From Bdellovibrionales bacterium (lineage in GTDB: Bacteria > Bdellovibrionota > Bdellovibrionia > Bdellovibrionales > UBA840): a stretch of 35,403 nt of DNA. A model generated the notes under the pieces. It was not told the origin of the DNA. It saw only the letters and a list, made by a program, of their open reading frames with translations, and ran no database searches. Numbering within the stretch: position 1 is the stretch's first letter; every line of letters starts with the position of its first letter. The DNA lies in the NCBI GenBank assembly GCA_037969075.1, contig JBBKWS010000174.1, forward strand, positions 1-35,403, given 5' to 3'. Positions 17,346 to 26,368 of the stretch are shown here, one piece after another. The position numbers and the translations under genes were made by a program.

Positions 17346-19345
17346 TATTTTATCTTAAACCCATCTTTAGCGCCCTCATCTACCGTCAGTAAAAATGGGC
17401 CGTTTGAATCATCACTGGCTGCTAACAACATCCCCTCAGATAAACCAAATTTCATTTTTCTGGGCTGTAAATTGTTAACTAGCACAACATGCTTTCCGAT
17501 TAAAGTATCAGGGTTATATTTAGATTTAATACCAGCAAACACCGTTTTTTCGACATTGCCTACGCTAACAGTGATTTTAAGTAATTTATCAGCCTCGGGT
17601 ATTAACTCTGCCTTTATAATCTTGGCTACCTTTAGATCAATCTTGGTAAAATCATCAATACTTATATATTCAGAATTATTTGATTCCGTAGGTTTTACTC
17701 CTGTTGTATCTTTGCTATCTTCAACCATTTGCTTCACCTTTTCATCCTCAATTCTTGTTGCAATATGAGTGTATTCATTGATTTTTACATTTTCTAATTT
17801 GTCTGCCAGCGTTTCCCAAAGCAGCGGCTTACAATTAAGCGCCGCCTCAACCTGAAGTGCATACTCTGGCATGATAGGCTTTAAATACGTCGCTAAAATT
17901 TTAAAGTAATTAATTGTATTCGTAAGAACAACTTTAGCAGCGGCCGCATCTGCTTTTAAAAGTTTCCAAGGTTCCTTTTCATCAAAATAACGATTTCCCT
18001 CTTCTGCAAGGCCTCTGATCTCTACTATCACTTTAGAATATTCTCTGGCTTCAAATAGATTAGCTATCACATCTGCTTTTGCTAAAGCTTTATCTAGTAA
18101 GCATTGCCCCTCTTTGTCTACCGAACTTAACGTGCTGTCCATTTTTTTAGTAAGCATCTGCGCACCACGAGAGATTAAGTTTGTAATCTTTCCGATTAAA
18201 TCAGAATTTACTCTGGCCACGAAGTCTTCTAGATTTAAATCTATATCCTCAGCTGCCCCGGATAATTTACATGCATAGTAATAACGTAGATAGGTTGGGT
18301 TTAAATGATTCAAATACGTTCTAGCATTAATGAACGTGCCTTTTGACTTACTCATCTTCTCACCGTTAATGGTAAGCATACCGTGCACACAAATTTTATT
18401 AGGTGATCTCATGTCAGCAGCTTTTAGCATTGCTGGCCAAAACAGAGAGTGAAAGTAAATGATGTCTTTACCAATAAAATGGTAAATCTCATAGGCATCA
18501 TCTTTCCAGATTTCTTCATAAGATCTGCCCTGCTTTTTTAACCACTCCCAGCTAGAAGCGATATAACCAATCGGTGCATCCACCCAAACATAAAAGTATT
18601 TATCGGTGTAGCCTGGTATTTGAAATCCAAAGTAAGGCGCATCTCTTGAAATGTCCCAGTCCCTTAAATCTTCATTGAACCACTCCATTAGTTTTTTACT
18701 AATATCTTTTTCATTGTGAGCTGGCACCCAGTCTTTTAAATAGTCTTTGAACTCATTTAATTTAAAAACTAAATGCTCGCTGGATTTTAACACTGGCTTA
18801 TTTTTACAAATCGTACAAAAAGGATCTTTTAAATCATTTGGCCCATACGTAGAGGCACAGACATCGCAAGTATCCCCGTATTGATCTTTAGCTCCACACT
18901 TAGGGCAGGTTCCTTTTACATAGCGGTCAGGTAAAAACATTTTATCATGTTCGCAAAAGGCCTGCTTCACAGATTTCGAGGCAATGTATCCCTTTTCTTT
19001 CATCTTAAGATAAAACAGATCACAGAGTTCTTTATTCTCGGGACTATGAGTTGTAGAAAAATTTGTGAATTCAATTTGAAAATCTTTAAAATCTTTTAAT
19101 CGCTGCTCTCTTAACTCACCCACATATTTTTCGGGCGTAACCCCGGCCTTTTGCGCAGAAATCATTACTGATGTGCCATGCGTATCATCGCCGCAAAAGT
19201 AATGGCATTCATGACCACGCAACTTTTGAAATCTAACCCAAATATCGGTTTGTATATATTCAACCAAATGCCCCATGTGAATTTGACCGTTGGCGTAAGG
19301 CAAACCTGCAGTGACTACGATTTTTCGTTTTTCTATTTTTTGCAT
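17345..19345 (-). CDS. metG: methionyl-tRNA synthetase with C-terminal tRNA-binding domain
   Basis: LPYANGQIHMGH, KMSKS, Zn knuckles and IDDFTKIDL C-domain. Start set at 19345, where it forms a TAATG overlap with the pdxH stop. Confidence 0.96.
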   Translation of the reverse strand: MQKIEKRKIVVTAGLPYANGQIHMGHLVEYIQTDIWVRFQKLRGHECHYFCGDDTHGTSVMISAQKAGVTPEKYVGELREQRLKDFKDFQIEFTNFSTTHSPENKELCDLFYLKMKEKGYIASKSVKQAFCEHDKMFLPDRYVKGTCPKCGAKDQYGDTCDVCASTYGPNDLKDPFCTICKNKPVLKSSEHLVFKLNEFKDYLKDWVPAHNEKDISKKLMEWFNEDLRDWDISRDAPYFGFQIPGYTDKYFYVWVDAPIGYIASSWEWLKKQGRSYEEIWKDDAYEIYHFIGKDIIYFHSLFWPAMLKAADMRSPNKICVHGMLTINGEKMSKSKGTFINARTYLNHLNPTYLRYYYACKLSGAAEDIDLNLEDFVARVNSDLIGKITNLISRGAQMLTKKMDSTLSSVDKEGQCLLDKALAKADVIANLFEAREYSKVIVEIRGLAEEGNRYFDEKEPWKLLKADAAAAKVVLTNTINYFKILATYLKPIMPEYALQVEAALNCKPLLWETLADKLENVKINEYTHIATRIEDEKVKQMVEDSKDTTGVKPTESNNSEYISIDDFTKIDLKVAKIIKAELIPEADKLLKITVSVGNVEKTVFAGIKSKYNPDTLIGKHVVLVNNLQPRKMKFGLSEGMLLAASDDSNGPFLLTVDEGAKDGFKIK

Positions 19346-19950
19346 TATGGCCCTAACCTCTCCATTTTCCACTCACTACCTGACATTTTATAACAAAACC
19401 TATCGTGTAAACGATATTTCTCTAAAGTCATAAAATCAAAGTAATTTGCTTTTACTACATAGCCACCCCAAAAAGGTGGGCAAGGAATCTCTTTACCTTC
19501 AAACTTTTTTTCGATGGTAAGGTAAAGTGTTTCTAGCTCTTCACGGTTTTTAACAAGCTTTGATTGAGGAGATGCCCATGCGGAGATTTGTGATTGTCTT
19601 GGACGACTATTAAAGTACTTTTCAGATTCAACTCGACTCATTTTAGTGGCTAGGCCCTCAACACGCACTTGATTATCTATCGGAGGATGCCAAAAAAATA
19701 AAAGTGACACCCTTGAGTTTTCACCAATCTCTTTTGACTTATCTGATTCGTAATTTGTGTAAAAAGTAATCTGCCCGTTTAGCATACCTTTATACAAAAC
19801 CGCACGCGATCTTGGGTAACCGTTAGTCCCTATAGTGGATAGAGTCATTTCATCGGGATGTGGCACCTGCGCGTTAGTTGCCAGCTCATGCCAATTCAAA
19901 AATTGTTTAATAGGATCTTTATCAAAAGTAGAAATAATATCTTGAGCCAT
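19345..19950 (-). CDS. pdxH: pyridoxamine 5'-phosphate oxidase
   Basis: MTLST, RAVLYK, FYTNYESDK, QVRVEG, YFNSRP, WASPQS, WGGY and RLHDR motifs. Confidence 0.93.
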   Translation of the reverse strand: MAQDIISTFDKDPIKQFLNWHELATNAQVPHPDEMTLSTIGTNGYPRSRAVLYKGMLNGQITFYTNYESDKSKEIGENSRVSLLFFWHPPIDNQVRVEGLATKMSRVESEKYFNSRPRQSQISAWASPQSKLVKNREELETLYLTIEKKFEGKEIPCPPFWGGYVVKANYFDFMTLEKYRLHDRFCYKMSGSEWKMERLGP

Positions 19951-20003
19951 GGGCTATAAGGCTACCTTTTTTTTTCATAAAAAGGTAGTGCAAAGCCCCT
20001 TAC

Positions 20004-20255
20004 TTAGGCGCTAAGACTTTGAAAAATAGGAGTCACAGATACTAATACACCGTTTAGATCCTGAGTGGCATAAATCACGGCAGTATCTGACATATCTCTA
20101 GGCGTTAGCTCTAAGGATAATTGATGAGGTCTCTCATTCATTGTCGCTGTGACTTCTACAATCACTTTTCCGGCTTCAATGGAAGTAATAGGAGCGTCTC
20201 TAAGTTCATCTTGTAGGTGCATTGGCAAATCTTCGAATTTAATTTTTTGTTCCAT
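20004..20255 (-). CDS. hypothetical 83-aa protein
   Basis: ATG-started ORF with protein-like composition filling the gap; no family recognised. Confidence 0.6.
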   Translation of the reverse strand: MEQKIKFEDLPMHLQDELRDAPITSIEAGKVIVEVTATMNERPHQLSLELTPRDMSDTAVIYATQDLNGVLVSVTPIFQSLSA

Positions 20256-20293
20256 ACATTAATGATAACTATTTTTGTGACTTTTTTGGGATA

Positions 20294-20383
20294 AAACCGT
20301 ATGTAGTGTTTAAAATTGGACTACTACCTACTTACGCCACTATATATAGATGTGCATATTATTTAGACCACTATATTTAAGGG
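20294..20383. promoter_or_regulatory. tandem NrdR-box-like operators
   Basis: CCACTATATATAGATG (20337) and CCACTATATTTAAGGG (20368) lie 31 bp apart, plus AAACCGTATGTAGTGT (20294). Each matches acaCwAtATaTwGtgt at 11-12/16. Confidence 0.5.
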
Positions 20384-20554
20384 TAGATAATGGCCTGGCC
20401 TGCTTTTGCGGGTTCTTTAGATCGCCACCGTGCTCTGTTTTATGAGATTTTAATAGTCTGTACTGTTTAGATTTCATTGCTGTGAAGGCATAATAAAATT
20501 ATGAAAATGACAATAAAAATCAAACGAATCGAAGTTTAAGTATTCACAAAAAAA

Positions 20555-21334
20555 TTAAAGAGAAAACTTTTTATTTAAAAACGCCCGCATTAACAAAGGC
20601 GAGGCGGCGATGATATTGGGTTCATTGGGATCGTAATCTTTACCTGTAAAATCACAAACACTAGCTCCTGCTTCTCGTAGGATTACAGTTGAAGCAGCTG
20701 TATCCCAAATACTAAGTCCCTTACACATGTAAACATCGAGTGCGCCCTCGGCAACTCGGGCCATATCCAGCGCAGCAGCACCCATGGATCTGACCGCTCT
20801 TACATGGGATAGAAACTTATAGAAATCATGGACTGTATCTAAATAAATATCTGAAAAAGCGCGGCCAACACCTATCACTGCTTCATCTAAAGATGTGGCA
20901 TTGCCGATCATAATTTTACGATCATTATGAAAAGCACCTTGATCTTTTACTCCCCAGTACATGTCCTTAGTTTGAGGATTGTAAACCACTCCAAGCACCC
21001 ATTCGTCTTCATACTGCATGCCGATACTTACACAATACATCGGGATGCCATAAATAAAGTTTGTAGTGCCATCTAAAGGGTCCACCGCCCAACGCCTTTT
21101 AAAGTCAGTAAGACCTTTTCGAGTCCCCGTTTCTTCTCCAATAAATTCAGATTTTGGATAGGCCCCGAGCAACCGTTCGGATAGTAACTTTTCAGACTCT
21201 TTATCGGCCCTTGAGACTAAGGATTGGTCTTCTTTTTTATGATAGAATTTCTGTTGGCCAAAGTAACTTGTCAGTAATTCGCCGGCTTCAATCGCGGCTG
21301 ATTTAACAATTTGTAATTCATCTGCAAACTTCAT
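20555..21334 (-). CDS. suhB: inositol monophosphatase family protein
   Basis: IGEE, WAVDPLDGTTNF, RSMGAAALD and WDTAA motifs. Confidence 0.85.
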   Translation of the reverse strand: MKFADELQIVKSAAIEAGELLTSYFGQQKFYHKKEDQSLVSRADKESEKLLSERLLGAYPKSEFIGEETGTRKGLTDFKRRWAVDPLDGTTNFIYGIPMYCVSIGMQYEDEWVLGVVYNPQTKDMYWGVKDQGAFHNDRKIMIGNATSLDEAVIGVGRAFSDIYLDTVHDFYKFLSHVRAVRSMGAAALDMARVAEGALDVYMCKGLSIWDTAASTVILREAGASVCDFTGKDYDPNEPNIIAASPLLMRAFLNKKFSL

Positions 21335-21949
21335 TTAAATCCTATAGAACGAGTCGGTAAACGGAGTGCCTTTTCTGCCATTTAATTTTGACTCTAACAC
21401 GCCCCATGCCACGATAGTGAAGTATTTTGATATGTGATCTTGATAAAAGGTCTTTGGTCTCTCGATCGCATAAGGGTCTGAGAATTCTAAAACCTTACGT
21501 AAAACTTTATAATCCTCTGCTGTCGGGACATGAAAATATAAAAATTTTACTCTCTCCGCCATCTTCTTAATGGAGGCAGCAATGTGGCGATCTTCAATGT
21601 ATTGTAAGACAGAATTTGATAATCCAAGGTCGCTAACCCTTTTACCAGTAACTTCATGCACTTTACAAACCTGTAGGCGCCAGTCAGTTGCATAGGCCTT
21701 CTTTTTAAGAGCATCATGAGCAAACTGTGAAATATCTACTCCCTCAACCCTGGCAGGGTCAAAGGCCCTAGAGACCTGATTTAGCAACTCTCCCTTACCG
21801 AATCCAAAGTCAAAGACCGAGCGCACTTCAAGCTCCATAAGTCCAAAAAGACCCTTTAAATAGCCTGCATGCTCTCTAGCATTAAAGTCCCCGTCGATAT
21901 AACCATCTTTGGGGTACATTTTTTGAAAATACTCGCGTGTAAACTCCAT
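21335..21949 (-). CDS. class I SAM-dependent methyltransferase
   Basis: VFDFGFGKG, GVDIS and SVLQY motifs. Confidence 0.75.
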   Translation of the reverse strand: MEFTREYFQKMYPKDGYIDGDFNAREHAGYLKGLFGLMELEVRSVFDFGFGKGELLNQVSRAFDPARVEGVDISQFAHDALKKKAYATDWRLQVCKVHEVTGKRVSDLGLSNSVLQYIEDRHIAASIKKMAERVKFLYFHVPTAEDYKVLRKVLEFSDPYAIERPKTFYQDHISKYFTIVAWGVLESKLNGRKGTPFTDSFYRI

Positions 21950-22072
21950 GGCCTAGTAGGCTGCAGCAGATAGATCACTAAAGCAAAGAATAATCTTAAG
22001 CTGTACGCACTAAAAAATTGACTATTTTTTAAGCTTGTATTATAGATGACGCCTATTCTTAAGGAACCAAAT

Positions 22073-22414
22073 ATGAAGCTACTAGCAATAAGTGCCATTG
22101 GATTATTTTCTATATCAGCCCACGCTGACTTTATGACAGGCACAACAAAAATCAAGTCCGGTCCAAACGGAATACCAGTCTACGCATGCAAAATTAGTAA
22201 CGAAGGCTACGACACTATAGAGATAGTTAAAGTAAATTATCAATATATCTGTAACGATGAAATCGCTGAGCTCACAACTATAGACTCATTTTGCAGTGAC
22301 GCTTGTAAAATACAGGCCAAAAGAACTATACACCTACCCGGCCCTGAAATTTGCGATCAAGGCACCGTGTACCCAGCAGAGTGCAGTGTAGAATACGAAA
22401 CTATCAGACATTAA
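22073..22414 (+). CDS. small secreted Cys-containing hypothetical protein
   Basis: SD AAGGA before ATG 22073; signal peptide ending AHA; 6 Cys in the mature part. Confidence 0.7.
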   Translation: MKLLAISAIGLFSISAHADFMTGTTKIKSGPNGIPVYACKISNEGYDTIEIVKVNYQYICNDEIAELTTIDSFCSDACKIQAKRTIHLPGPEICDQGTVYPAECSVEYETIRH

Positions 22415-22417
22415 TTA

Positions 22418-23113
22418 TTAAGAGTTTCTGTATATTTCAAACGGAAATTTTTTGTCTTGCAAATGTACTTCTTTAATATCTTTAAACCAAACCTTAGCTT
22501 GGGCATCCCAACGAAAACCCTCTTTTTTGGCAAGATCCTTTTGTTCAAACGTAACTTTAGCATAAATTCGACATGTAGGAGAGGCTGCCATTACCACTAC
22601 ATCTTTGATTTCATACTTAGATAAAATCTCAAGCATTGTTAAAACATCAAAAATAGCTCTGTGAGCAAATGGATTCAAAAACCCATGATCTGCAGCCAGA
22701 TGATTTAACTTTCTGCTGGTGATAGATGCCGGGTAAGAAAGATCGGTCAGTGTATCAATCCAATCTAAATTAAACTTAGTATCTGGATGTACAGCCCATA
22801 CTTCTTCCATAAATTTTTTATCAAACTCATTGCCATTATGAGCAACAACATAAGCAGCGTGAGAAGCAATCTTCTTAACTTTTTCTAAGGCAGATTTTAA
22901 ATCAATGCCATAAGTCTGAGTGTCTTCTGTGGTAATCCCTGTGATTTGCGTAATCTCTTCGCTGATCGTTAGATCGGGCCACTTAATCAAATCCGAATAT
23001 ACCTGAATGGGTCTGTGAGATGTAGTGCACCAAAGTACAACACCGATCTCGATGATTTTATCTGTTTTTGGATTTAATCCTGAGGTTTCTAAGTCTAAGC
23101 CTAATACCAACAT
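22418..23113 (-). CDS. DEDDh 3'-5' exonuclease (DnaQ-like) with DUF5710-like C-terminal domain
   Basis: LDLETSG, VAHNGNEFD, WIDT and AHRAIFD; tail FEQKDLAKKEGFRWD...WF. Confidence 0.85.
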   Translation of the reverse strand: MLVLGLDLETSGLNPKTDKIIEIGVVLWCTTSHRPIQVYSDLIKWPDLTISEEITQITGITTEDTQTYGIDLKSALEKVKKIASHAAYVVAHNGNEFDKKFMEEVWAVHPDTKFNLDWIDTLTDLSYPASITSRKLNHLAADHGFLNPFAHRAIFDVLTMLEILSKYEIKDVVVMAASPTCRIYAKVTFEQKDLAKKEGFRWDAQAKVWFKDIKEVHLQDKKFPFEIYRNS

Positions 23114-23118
23114 ATTAT

Positions 23119-23523
23119 CTACTTTACAATAAAACGGCTACGATCCAAACTTGAATCGACCGCGCATAGTTCTTTTTTGCCAAACAATTTATACCGATAT
23201 TTTGCCACAAAGTCATAAACTAAATCCCTAAATGAGCTTGGAAGTATCAAAAAAATCAAAATCAGTTTAAGTATAGGACAAGCTAAAGCTAAGGCTCGTA
23301 ACACGGCACTACTTTTTAAATATATTTTATTAGTCTTTTGCTCTCGTAACACAATTGTATGCAGGCTTTTAGTTAAATCAGGCCCTATATCTTTTTTTGC
23401 CTGCTCGGCCTGCAGTGCACAAAACAAAAGTTTTTTGTTTTTATCTAACTTATATAAAATTCGAATCCACGAATCACAAAAAATACATTCACCGTCAAAA
23501 TATAAAATATGTGTGTGCTGCAT
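23119..23523 (-). CDS. DCC-family thiol-disulfide oxidoreductase (DUF393/YuxK-like)
   Basis: YFDGECIFC (DxxCxxC) and RDLVYDFVAKYRYKLFG motifs. Confidence 0.88.
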   Translation of the reverse strand: MQHTHILYFDGECIFCDSWIRILYKLDKNKKLLFCALQAEQAKKDIGPDLTKSLHTIVLREQKTNKIYLKSSAVLRALALACPILKLILIFLILPSSFRDLVYDFVAKYRYKLFGKKELCAVDSSLDRSRFIVK

Positions 23524-23582
23524 GCATTTTCCCTTAGAGGTATTTGTGGCAGGATACTAAATTGGGAACTAGCAATCAAGAC

Positions 23583-24152
23583 TTACCAGTTTAATTGGTA
23601 CTGAATCCACATTTTTTCATCACCTGCATCATGTTGCAGCTGGATCTGCGAATTTGAATCTAAGTTCTTATACACTTTTACCTGTATATCAGATTCATTT
23701 TGCACGTAGGTTACATCAGCGTTAAAAGATCCAATATAGCGGACCATTGCCTTTGTCTTTAGCGGATCGATTTTAATCCTAACTTCACTGTCATCTTCAC
23801 TAGCGTCTGCAACTTGCTGATCACCTGAGATATCGTCAAGCTCAGAATCAGAGACCTCGACCCAGTTCTTAAGTCGCGAATACAGTGGAGTAGCCTCCCA
23901 CCTTTTTTTTAAGAATTTTTTATGATCAAAATATTTTGGAGAGTCTTCTACTTCTACAAAAACAATATTTTTTGAATAGAAGGCTTCGATGTGATCGATA
24001 TTTTTATTTGGGTCAAAATTATGTTTTTTAGGAACATAGAGTGTCTTAGTTATTTCATCCACTTCAGAATGCATGATTACACCAAAGTTTTGGTATAAAA
24101 CAAAAGCCACTGTCATGCCTATTAATGAAAGAACTATCCGTATTTGCCTCAT
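23583..24152 (-). CDS. hypothetical envelope protein with beta-rich C-terminus
   Basis: N-terminal hydrophobic segment; C-terminal alternating beta pattern ending in an aromatic residue (IQYQLNW). Confidence 0.65.
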   Translation of the reverse strand: MRQIRIVLSLIGMTVAFVLYQNFGVIMHSEVDEITKTLYVPKKHNFDPNKNIDHIEAFYSKNIVFVEVEDSPKYFDHKKFLKKRWEATPLYSRLKNWVEVSDSELDDISGDQQVADASEDDSEVRIKIDPLKTKAMVRYIGSFNADVTYVQNESDIQVKVYKNLDSNSQIQLQHDAGDEKMWIQYQLNW

Positions 24153-24267
24153 AAGTCGTTACAAGGAATCTATCGGAAAGTCTTACTTATCTATGAAGGA
24201 AAATCTCATTTTGAGACAGTGATATTTTCACCTTAAATATATGGCTTTAGATGCCAAATATAAGTTA

Positions 24268-25107
24268 TTAAAAAACTTCTAACTGTCCTGAGGCAGTGCT
24301 TAGCGCCTCTCCAGCTATAAACTTGTCATGCGCCACGCGGAGCACATAACCCAACACCATGTATCCATCAGATAGCGCGTAGTTCGCAATAACTATCCCA
24401 GCTTTACCGCCAGCGTAACTAATTTCTGAACCATCATTTAGTTTATCTTTTGAATAAAGGGCAATAAACTTTTTAGCCACTCGTCCGTAAGTGATGATCT
24501 TGGCAACAACCTCTTGCCCAGGATAACACCCCTTAGTGTCAGTAGCGTAATTTGATAAAGGGGCTGCCTCTAACAAAATTTTATCTTCACTTATGTCGAT
24601 TTGATCTATCGGCCAACCGTGTGATCTTTTTAAAGCTTGGTATAAATTAACATCAATACTAGGGAGATCAGGTTTTTTACCCTCAATATAAATAGTCCCT
24701 GTCTGATTCCACTCTTCGGCTTTTATTTTATAAGCAGCGTCTACATCAACTGGTAGTCCTACTACTTCAAAATAATTCTTAGGGACGATATGTTTAAAGT
24801 AAATTTCTTCTCCGAAATGACTAAAATCTAAATGCGCCAATACCTTTTCTTTTGCTTGCGGTTCAATCAACAACCAAACTCGGTCTTTTAATATTAGTAT
24901 TTGAAAATAAGAGATGACTCCTGCCCCGCCGGTCAAAAAGGCTGTGGTGCCAGTCTCATTTTCTTTTAATGATATCGAATCCTGTGAACTGATGCGGTTG
25001 ATCCACTCCCGATGCTGACTACCTCCTACTTCGATAACAGGATAATGACTGCGATCGAACACGAAGCTCTTTGTAGAAAGTAGGGATTTAAAGTCTTGTC
25101 TTTTCAT
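24268..25107 (-). CDS. ygfZ: YgfZ/GcvT-like folate-binding Fe-S cluster repair protein
   Basis: KGCYPGQE signature. Confidence 0.85.
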   Translation of the reverse strand: MKRQDFKSLLSTKSFVFDRSHYPVIEVGGSQHREWINRISSQDSISLKENETGTTAFLTGGAGVISYFQILILKDRVWLLIEPQAKEKVLAHLDFSHFGEEIYFKHIVPKNYFEVVGLPVDVDAAYKIKAEEWNQTGTIYIEGKKPDLPSIDVNLYQALKRSHGWPIDQIDISEDKILLEAAPLSNYATDTKGCYPGQEVVAKIITYGRVAKKFIALYSKDKLNDGSEISYAGGKAGIVIANYALSDGYMVLGYVLRVAHDKFIAGEALSTASGQLEVF

Positions 25108-25579
25108 CTGCTGGTAAATCTATCCTAAAAAAGGGTCTGAGGCGATTTTTTTCTGCGACATCAGCATATTCAGTGACAAAAGCCTGCCACCTCCTACTTT
25201 CAATATAGGCTTTAAAAAGCTCTAATTTATTATTAACACTAATTAGTAACCTAATATCATTTTGCCATTTTAAGTTATCCAAAATCTTAATTGCTGTGTG
25301 TGAGCCAACACCTGATATAGCTACACTGCCGCTAACAGCCGTAGGCAGGTGAGCCGCATCGAGTAGATAAAATGTAGCCCCAACTAAGTCTTTCTTATTG
25401 CTTTTTAATGTGGCCATTACAGGAGATGATTGATCTACAAAATGCACCTCGGATGTTACTCCGCTACGCAGAGCTCGCTCTCCTAATTGTCCGTGGTCGC
25501 AGCACAGATCCCACACCGGTTCTGATTGCTTCAAATTTTCAAAAATTTTTTGTAAAACCGGTCTGAGCTGATTCATCAT
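25088..25579 (-). CDS. trmK: tRNA (adenine22-N1) methyltransferase TrmK-like (short form)
   Basis: WDLCCDHGQLG, VHFVD, AISGVG and EKNR motifs. Confidence 0.72.
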   Translation of the reverse strand: MMNQLRPVLQKIFENLKQSEPVWDLCCDHGQLGERALRSGVTSEVHFVDQSSPVMATLKSNKKDLVGATFYLLDAAHLPTAVSGSVAISGVGSHTAIKILDNLKWQNDIRLLISVNNKLELFKAYIESRRWQAFVTEYADVAEKNRLRPFFRIDLPADEKTRL

Positions 25580-25617
25580 AGATTTTCTATTAAATTAGTA
25601 TAGAATAAGCAACACAT

Positions 25618-26343
25618 ATGAAATACTTTTGGAATTATATATACGCCCCTTTTGCCCTTGGACTTATACTGTTTTGGACAATGCTCTGCTCGGCAGCTGC
25701 ATTTTTTGTAAGTTTTAGTTCAAACAAAAATAGACAAAACACTGTCATTGCCATTTGGTCTAAATTCATAGTTTATCTTTTAAGAGCAGATATTGAAATC
25801 ATCGATAAAAAGTATTTGCCTGCCTCTGGCTGTTTGCTCCTTTTTAATCATCTAAGTCTTATCGACATTCCTTTAATTTTTCATGCTCTTGGATCCGATT
25901 TTAGATTTGGTGCAAAGATCGAGTTGTTTCGAATTCCTATCTTTGGCCAAGCCTTAAGAAGATGCCATTTTCTACCCATTGAAAGGGCTAATAGAAATAG
26001 TACTTTTAAAACCTATGCAAAAGCAAAAGAGAGATGTCAAAAAGGCGAACGGTTTATTTTAGCGCCCGAAGGTACAAGGCAAAGCCAATTAAAGCTAGGA
26101 AGTTTTAAATCGGGTCCCTTTATCTTGGGCATCCAAGCAGAAATTCCTTTGATCCCCATTGTGATCGCAGGTCCCGAGAAGATCTGTCCTAAAAACAAAA
26201 TCATACCAATCTTAGACAGGAAAATCACATTGAAGGTAAAGGTACTTGAGCCAATATCAACGAAGGGCTATCAGTTAGAAGATCGAAATAAGCTAAAAGA
26301 TCTTACCTGGAAAAAAATGGATTCGGCTCTTAAAGATTTATAA
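25618..26343 (+). CDS. plsC: 1-acyl-sn-glycerol-3-phosphate acyltransferase
   Basis: NHLSLID (HX4D), AKIELF, PEGTR and FKSG motifs; N-terminal TM helix. Confidence 0.88.
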   Translation: MKYFWNYIYAPFALGLILFWTMLCSAAAFFVSFSSNKNRQNTVIAIWSKFIVYLLRADIEIIDKKYLPASGCLLLFNHLSLIDIPLIFHALGSDFRFGAKIELFRIPIFGQALRRCHFLPIERANRNSTFKTYAKAKERCQKGERFILAPEGTRQSQLKLGSFKSGPFILGIQAEIPLIPIVIAGPEKICPKNKIIPILDRKITLKVKVLEPISTKGYQLEDRNKLKDLTWKKMDSALKDL

Positions 26344-26345
26344 AA

Positions 26346-26364
26346 ATGGGGCCATCAGCCCCAT
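26346..26364 (-). terminator. intrinsic terminator between convergent genes
   Basis: ATGGGGC-CATCA-GCCCCAT with a short T tract on the minus strand. Confidence 0.6.
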
Positions 26365-26368
26365 ATAT

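Noticed and set aside
20390..20470. 26-codon plus-strand ORF (MAWPAFAGSLDRHRALFYEILIVCTV) after the NrdR-like boxes
   Set aside because: Weak SD, no recognisable features, and a length expected by chance.
22054..22062. Third copy of the IS target 9-mer TATTCTTAA
   Set aside because: No TIR is adjacent; an AT-rich 9-mer can recur by chance.
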